In this document: piece by piece, positions 58,800-64,000 of the stretch
Layout: each line of letters starts with the position of its first letter
Numbering within the stretch: position 1 is the first letter of the stretch
Source: an archaeon
GTDB taxonomy: Archaea > Nanobdellota > Nanobdellia > Pacearchaeales > GW2011-AR1
NCBI GenBank assembly: GCA_024278335.1
Contig: JAJRTJ010000002.1
Location: forward strand, 17,008 to 81,007
Reading direction: 5' to 3'
DNA: 64,000 nt
Made by a program: the position numbers and the translations under genes
Notes under the pieces: generated by a model
The model's database searches: none
The model's input: the letters and a program-made list of their open reading frames with translations, nothing else
Told to the model about the DNA's origin: nothing

Positions 58800-59782
58800 T
58801 TTATTTTCAATCTTCTCCTCTCTTTTTTTCGTCCAATAACAAAAGCCCTGCTTCTTTCATGAGAATCAAGAATTACAAAATCCCCCCCCAAATTTTCAAC
58901 TAATTTTTTGCAAAATTCTTTCATTTCCTCATAACGAGGCATTTTCTCATAGCCCAATCTTTGTCGAGCAAAACCAACACTCATAAATCCTTTAACCTCT
59001 ATAAATAAAGGGTCTGCTTTTTTAATTAATCTGCTATATCCCCCAATCTCCTTTATGTTTAGGTCTTTGATTAAATTAATCCTAAAAATAGTTCTTGTCT
59101 TTTTTCTAAGTAAGGGAAATATTTCTAAACTATTATTAAACTTTTTCCATGCATCTGTTTTTGAACTTCTATGAAACTTTTCATAAGATTCTTTGTTTGT
59201 AGAATTAACTGAAATATACAATTGAGTAGGGAGTTTATTTTCTTTTTCAAGTTTTTTCAAAACTTCTGGATAAAGTCCATTTGTAACAAGAAAAGTTGTT
59301 TTACCTCTTTTTGTTAGCTCTTTAATCAACTCTCCTATTTTTGGATAAACAGTAGGTTCTCCTGAAAGCGAAATTGCAAACTGCATTGGTTCTTGAGCCT
59401 CTTCCCATTTTTTCATATCTGCTCTGCTTTTTGTAATCTTCCTTGTTTCAGGCAATATTTTAAATCCTTCAAGAAGTTTTTTTTGGACTTTAATACATTC
59501 TTCAATAATTTCTTTTGGAGAATCTATCTTTCCTTGAAGTTTATCTCCGAGAGTTAATTCCACTGCTCTCCAACAATGCAGGCATTTATTTGGACACCAC
59601 ACTACTGCCGGAGTCATCTGACAACATTGGTGGCTTTTTATTCCATAAAATTTCTCTTTATAACAAACTCCTTCTCCCCGAATAGACCTCTTTGTCCATC
59701 TGCAGATTTGCACTGCAGAATGTTTTCCAACAAGCCCGTAGTGCTGTTTCTTCAAAATGTCTCTAACCTTCTTTGGAATCAT
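58796..59782 (-). CDS. taw1: radical-SAM tRNA 4-demethylwyosine synthase (TYW1/Taw1-like)
   Basis: HQCCQMTPAVVWCPNKCLHCWRA matches the TYW1 signature (second cluster plus the CxxxCxxC radical-SAM site). Typical Taw1 length of ~330 aa. Confidence 0.6.
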   Translation of the reverse strand: MIPKKVRDILKKQHYGLVGKHSAVQICRWTKRSIRGEGVCYKEKFYGIKSHQCCQMTPAVVWCPNKCLHCWRAVELTLGDKLQGKIDSPKEIIEECIKVQKKLLEGFKILPETRKITKSRADMKKWEEAQEPMQFAISLSGEPTVYPKIGELIKELTKRGKTTFLVTNGLYPEVLKKLEKENKLPTQLYISVNSTNKESYEKFHRSSKTDAWKKFNNSLEIFPLLRKKTRTIFRINLIKDLNIKEIGGYSRLIKKADPLFIEVKGFMSVGFARQRLGYEKMPRYEEMKEFCKKLVENLGGDFVILDSHERSRAFVIGRKKERRRLKIK

Positions 59783-59819
59783 AAAAATTCAAGAAATAAA
59801 AGCATTATAAATTTTGGGA

Positions 59820-61181
59820 TTAAAAAAACCTAAAAATCCACTTGCTCATCATAACAGCAAGAAGAAATAAAAGAAAATAAGTTGCAAAAACAAATAATTT
59901 TTTCCCAATTTTTTCATTTTTTGTTATTGCCCAAATTCCAAGATAAAAAAATCTCCCTCCGTCCAGAATTCCTAAGGGAAGCATGTTAAATAATGCAACA
60001 AGCAGATTAATTACAATAATCCACCAAAACAAATAATAAACAAACCAATTAAATTCATTTGCAGTTTCATAAATATCTTGTAGGCGGTATGCAAACATCA
60101 TGGATAGCATAAAATTATCTGGTCGGCTATAAGTGTTAAATCCTAAAAATGCCTGGCTTGAATTTTCTGGATGCTCTCCTAAGATAATTTCATTTTCTTT
60201 TTCAATTCCTGATTTTTTTGTAGTTAAAAGAATCTTGTCTCCAGAAGAATACTTTTCCAATTCCTCTCTAAGTTTCCAAATATCTTTAATTTCCTCTCCG
60301 TTGATTTTTTTAATTGTTCCTTGTATTTTATTTTTAATCAAAGGAGAATTATAAAAAACAATGAGAAGTTCTCTATCTTGCTGTTTTTCTAAAAGTTCTG
60401 GTGTTAAAAGATAATTGGTATTTTCTGTTTTTATTTCAATAAATCCTTCCCCCCCAATATTTTCAATTTTTTGGATTTCACTTGCATTAATGACATCAAA
60501 AGCATAATTTGAAATCTGGACTCCTGAAGCACTAAATGCCTGGGAAAAAAGCAATATCATTAGCAAACCAAAAACAACTGCAGTTAAGACATTTGCAAAA
60601 ACTCCTGCAGATAAAATGCTCATTTGCTCAAACTTAGATCCTTTATTCATTTGCTTTTCATCTTGTTCTACAAATGCTCCAAAAAAAGCAGGAAAATATT
60701 TCCAAAATGCAAATCCTGTTGACTTGATTTTAATTCCATATCTTCTTGCAAAAATTCCATGAGCAAATTCATGAACTGTAGCTACAATTACAATTGCTAG
60801 GATAAAATAAGTAAAATAAAATGGTGGAAAAAAACTCTCTAATCCAAATAACTGGGGAAAATAAGGAATCAATGGCATAATTGGAGGAGCATTAATCATT
60901 TCAGAAATAGAAGTAGTTATATAATTCCATACGCTTCTTGTTATAAGGTAAATCATAGAAACCATTAAAATTCCCCCAACAAAAATAGAAAAATAACTTA
61001 GGGTTTTCAAGGTTTTTTTATACTTATTTCCAATTTTATCAATAAATTTAACCCCCCATTGAGTTCTATATAAAATCATAGAGCCTTCTTTTCCAAGATT
61101 TTTTTTATTTTTTGAAAGAAAAATTGCAACAAATAAAGCAAAAGCTATAAGTAAACTAATGTCTGTTATAAAAAAACCCAT
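59820..61181 (-). CDS. site-2 protease family (M50) intramembrane zinc metalloprotease with PDZ domain
   Basis: HExxH (ATVHEFAHGIFARRYG) in a TM helix, a central PDZ-like region and a C-terminal TM bundle. Confidence 0.7.
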   Translation of the reverse strand: MGFFITDISLLIAFALFVAIFLSKNKKNLGKEGSMILYRTQWGVKFIDKIGNKYKKTLKTLSYFSIFVGGILMVSMIYLITRSVWNYITTSISEMINAPPIMPLIPYFPQLFGLESFFPPFYFTYFILAIVIVATVHEFAHGIFARRYGIKIKSTGFAFWKYFPAFFGAFVEQDEKQMNKGSKFEQMSILSAGVFANVLTAVVFGLLMILLFSQAFSASGVQISNYAFDVINASEIQKIENIGGEGFIEIKTENTNYLLTPELLEKQQDRELLIVFYNSPLIKNKIQGTIKKINGEEIKDIWKLREELEKYSSGDKILLTTKKSGIEKENEIILGEHPENSSQAFLGFNTYSRPDNFMLSMMFAYRLQDIYETANEFNWFVYYLFWWIIVINLLVALFNMLPLGILDGGRFFYLGIWAITKNEKIGKKLFVFATYFLLFLLAVMMSKWIFRFF

Positions 61182-61188
61182 TTTATCA

Positions 61189-61353
61189 CTATTTCTTTTT
61201 TAAAGGTCTAAATGCCTTTTTTCCACATTTTCTGCATTTGACTTTTTTTTCAAGGATTTTTAATGGTTCAGCCTTTCTTTTGCTCTGGCAGTTTTTACAT
61301 ACAAAAACATTCTTAAACATTCTATTCTGGGCTTCAGGTATTTTTGTTGCCAT
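61189..61353 (-). CDS. rpl40e: 50S ribosomal protein eL40 (small Zn-ribbon protein; ORF below track cut-off)
   Basis: Manual translation gives MATKIPEAQNRMFKNVFVCKNCQSKRKAEPLKILEKKVKCRKCGKKAFRPLKKK*, with CxxC...CxxC and eL40-like N-terminal FK motif. Confidence 0.55.
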   Translation of the reverse strand: MATKIPEAQNRMFKNVFVCKNCQSKRKAEPLKILEKKVKCRKCGKKAFRPLKKK

Positions 61354-61415
61354 TTTCTATAATTTGATGAGAAAAATCGTTTTTAAATGTTTTGAAGAAA
61401 TTAGAACTCTTGTCT

Positions 61416-61808
61416 TTATATCTTCCTTTTTATAATCTTAACTCCCTCAATATCCCAATATTCAACATTATTATTTTCATTTAACTGCTCTTTTACTTCG
61501 GGGTCTTTGCATTCCATTTCCAATGTTTCAAAATTTTCAATATCCATAACACTGACACTATCTCCGGAAATTGAAAGAACCTGCCCCTTTCTTTTGTCTA
61601 CTAAAGGGACTTCAAATTTATCATGCCCTGGAACAACAAACACTTTTTTGTTTCCATCTAAAAGACCTACTGCCTCAATTCTGCATTTTGCATGTCCATG
61701 TTTTCCGGTTTTTGAAACATCCATTTTTTTTACAACACAAGGGTTGCCGTCAACAATAATGTTTGTCCCAACTTTTGCTTCAGTAGCATTGATAATTTTT
61801 AAAACCAT
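61416..61808 (-). CDS. eif5a: translation initiation factor 5A (aIF-5A)
   Basis: Hypusine loop SKTGKHGHAK and the N-terminal SH3-like plus OB domain layout. Confidence 0.8.
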   Translation of the reverse strand: MVLKIINATEAKVGTNIIVDGNPCVVKKMDVSKTGKHGHAKCRIEAVGLLDGNKKVFVVPGHDKFEVPLVDKRKGQVLSISGDSVSVMDIENFETLEMECKDPEVKEQLNENNNVEYWDIEGVKIIKRKI

Positions 61809-61889
61809 AGGTCAAAAAATTACTTTTAGTTTATAAATCTTTTTGCATTTTTTACAAACTTTTTTAAACACCTCAAATGTTTTAGCCCT

Positions 61890-62525
61890 ATGAAAACAAG
61901 TAAAAATGATTTTATTGAAATTGAATTTATTGGGAAAATAAAAGATAGTGGAGATGTTTTTGACACCAATGTTGAAAAAGAGTTGAAAAAATTAAATCCA
62001 GAAGCAAAAGCTAAGCCATTTATTTTTGCTTTGGGACACAAAATGTTTCTTGATGCATTGGACGACTTTTTAATTGGAAAAGAAATAGGAAAAGAATATG
62101 AAATTGATTTAACTCCAGAAAAAGCATTTGGGAAAAGAGAGCAAAAAGCAATTCAAATTGTTCCTGCAAGAGTTTTCAAAGAAAATAAATTGAATCCTTT
62201 TCCAGGAGCAGTTTTTAATTTTGACGGAAAGTCTGCAAAAGTTCTTTCTGTAAATGGAGGAAGAATTTTAGTTGATTTTAATCATCCTCTGGCTGGAAAA
62301 GAAGTCTCTTATGAAATCAAAATTTTAAGAAAAGTTGACAAAAAGCAAGAGCAAATTAGAGCATTTAATGATTTTTTATTTAAACAAGATTTTAAATTTG
62401 AAGTTAAAGATAAAAAACTCATTCTTAATGTTCCAAAAGAAATGAAAGAATTTGTTGAGCTTTTTAAAGACAAATACAAGGAAGTTTTTGGATTAGATTT
62501 AGTAGTTAAACCAGCTAATCTTTAA
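61890..62525 (+). CDS. FKBP-type peptidyl-prolyl cis-trans isomerase (archaeal long FKBP with IF/flap insertion)
   Basis: DFIEIEFIGKIKDSGDVFDTN...FIFALGHKMFLDALDDFLIGKEIGKEYEIDL, the FKBP fold signature. Confidence 0.7.
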   Translation: MKTSKNDFIEIEFIGKIKDSGDVFDTNVEKELKKLNPEAKAKPFIFALGHKMFLDALDDFLIGKEIGKEYEIDLTPEKAFGKREQKAIQIVPARVFKENKLNPFPGAVFNFDGKSAKVLSVNGGRILVDFNHPLAGKEVSYEIKILRKVDKKQEQIRAFNDFLFKQDFKFEVKDKKLILNVPKEMKEFVELFKDKYKEVFGLDLVVKPANL

Positions 62526-62592
62526 TTGCCTCTAAAATATTCTTCTAATTTATTACATATATTTTTATAAACAACTTTACTCTTTTTAACTC

Positions 62593-63720
62593 ATGGAAGA
62601 AATTTATCCAAAAGAGGAGAATCCGCCATCTTTTCAGGAAAATGCTTCTCCTCAAGCCCTATCTCAAGAAATTCAAGAAATAGATAGAGAATTAGAAGAA
62701 ATTCTTAAAAAACAATCTGCAAAAATCAAAGTAATCGGAATTGGAGGAGGAGGAAATAATTCTCTAAGCAGAATGAAAGAAATTGGAATTAAAGGGGGAG
62801 AATTAATTGCAGTTAATACAGATGCCCAGGACTTGCTTTATGCAAATGCTGACCAGAAAATTTTAATTGGAAGAGAGCTGACTCAAGGGCTTGGTTCTGG
62901 AAGCAATCCTTCAATAGGCCAGGAAGCTGCAAAAGAATCTGAATCAGAGATAAAAAAGAAAATTGGAAATGCAGACATGGTTTTCATAACTTGCGGGCTT
63001 GGAGGAGGAACATGGACGGGAGCAGGACCAGAAGTAGCAAGAATTGCAAAAAAACAAGGGGCTCTGACAATTGGAATTGTAACTATGCCTTTTTCAATTG
63101 AAGGGAGAAAAAGAGTGGAAAATGCACAAATTGGGCTTGAAAAAATGGAATCTGTTGTAGATACTTTAATTGTAATCCCTAATGACCGCTTGCTTGGCTT
63201 AGCCCCAGATTTGCCTCTGCAAACTGCCTTTAAAATTGCTGACGAGATTTTAACTAATGCTGTAAAAGGGGTAACCGAATTAGTAACAACCTCGGGATTA
63301 GTAAATCTTGATTTTGCAGATATTAAGGCAGTAATGTCAAATGGGGGGGTATCTTTAATTGGCTTGGGGGAGTCAGATTCTGAAAACAGAGCCAAGGAAT
63401 CTGTTGAAAAAGCAGTAGAAAATCCTCTTTTAGATGTTGATATTTCAAATGCTTCTGGAGCATTAGTGAATATTATTGGTGGAAATGACATGAGTTTAGA
63501 TGAATGTAAAACAATAATTGAAAATGTAGCAAATAAGCTTGACCCAGATGCAAAGATTATCTGGGGGGCAAAACTTTCAGCAGACATGGAGAAAACAATC
63601 CGGGTCTTGCTAATTGTAACTGGCGTGCACAGCGACCAGATAACCGGCCAGACAATACCTATGGAAGAGCTCCAGCACAAAGAAATAGAAGAGGAATTAG
63701 GAATAGAATTTTTTGAATAA
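62593..63720 (+). CDS. ftsZ: cell division GTPase FtsZ (tubulin/FtsZ family)
   Basis: IKVIGIGGGGNNSLSRM, the tubulin signature GLGGGTWTGAGPEVA, and NTDAQ. Confidence 0.75.
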   Translation: MEEIYPKEENPPSFQENASPQALSQEIQEIDRELEEILKKQSAKIKVIGIGGGGNNSLSRMKEIGIKGGELIAVNTDAQDLLYANADQKILIGRELTQGLGSGSNPSIGQEAAKESESEIKKKIGNADMVFITCGLGGGTWTGAGPEVARIAKKQGALTIGIVTMPFSIEGRKRVENAQIGLEKMESVVDTLIVIPNDRLLGLAPDLPLQTAFKIADEILTNAVKGVTELVTTSGLVNLDFADIKAVMSNGGVSLIGLGESDSENRAKESVEKAVENPLLDVDISNASGALVNIIGGNDMSLDECKTIIENVANKLDPDAKIIWGAKLSADMEKTIRVLLIVTGVHSDQITGQTIPMEELQHKEIEEELGIEFFE

Positions 63721-63750
63721 TTTTAAAAACCCTCTGCCTCTTTTTAAATC

Positions 63751-63921
63751 ATGGAAAAATTAAAATTGTTTTTAGTTAAATGCAAAAGAGTTTGGCATGT
63801 AATGAGAAAACCAACTAAAAAAGAATATAATACTATTGCAAAAGTTGCAGCTATTGGAATTCTCATACTCGGAGCAATGGGTTTTTTTATTTCCTTGCTT
63901 GTTAAAGGTTTTTTCAAATAA
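63751..63921 (+). CDS. secE: preprotein translocase subunit SecE (Sec61 gamma); ORF below track cut-off
   Basis: Manual translation gives MEKLKLFLVKCKRVWHVMRKPTKKEYNTIAKVAAIGILILGAMGFFISLLVKGFFK*, with an amphipathic region plus a single TM. It lies immediately downstream of ftsZ, the conserved archaeal ftsZ-secE arrangement. Confidence 0.55.
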   Translation: MEKLKLFLVKCKRVWHVMRKPTKKEYNTIAKVAAIGILILGAMGFFISLLVKGFFK

Positions 63922-64000
63922 AATTTTATAAAACCAATAATCTTTTAAACCCTTAATTTTACTTAAAGATACTACTTCTTTAAGAATTAAGGAGTAGCTG

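Overview
AT-rich (~30% GC), gene-dense archaeal window, most likely from a reduced-genome DPANN-type archaeon. The archaeal/eukaryal markers present are r-proteins eL19, eL32, eS4 and eL40, plus SUI1, aIF-5A, prefoldin, SecY/SecE and AglB. Layout: (i) 1-27.2 kb is a large protein N-glycosylation / surface-glycan island. It holds AglB/STT3 oligosaccharyltransferase, an AglH-like phosphosugar transferase, two Wzx-like flippases, about 12 glycosyltransferases (GT2, GT4, GT9, PMT/ArnT-like GT-C), several SAM methyltransferases, CysDN sulfate adenylyltransferase, a NodB-type deacetylase, a FemAB-like gene, and tRNA-Gly. (ii) 30-44.6 kb is the canonical archaeal ribosomal-protein superoperon, L3 through L15-SecY, followed by a DUF106 (YidC-like) gene and prefoldin alpha. 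The eS4 gene in it carries an in-frame TAA stop. (iii) 44.9-51.2 kb holds an RRM-domain protein, an AI-2E transporter, AMP phosphorylase, tRNA-Ser with a duplicated 3-prime end downstream, and an XPD-like FeS helicase. (iv) 52.0-54.2 kb holds what looks like a diversity-generating retroelement (DGR). An 81-bp variable repeat sits at the 3-prime end of a target ORF, a template repeat sits directly upstream of a reverse-transcriptase gene, and 14 of the 15 mismatches fall at template adenines. The RT reading frame is broken twice as sequenced, once at an (AG)27 dinucleotide microsatellite. (v) 54.2-64 kb holds the P1/P0/L1 stalk r-proteins, an N-X-S/T-sequon-rich surface protein, TYW1, an S2P protease, eL40 (small unlisted ORF), aIF-5A, FKBP, FtsZ and SecE (small unlisted ORF). 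No rRNA, CRISPR or transposase was recognised.
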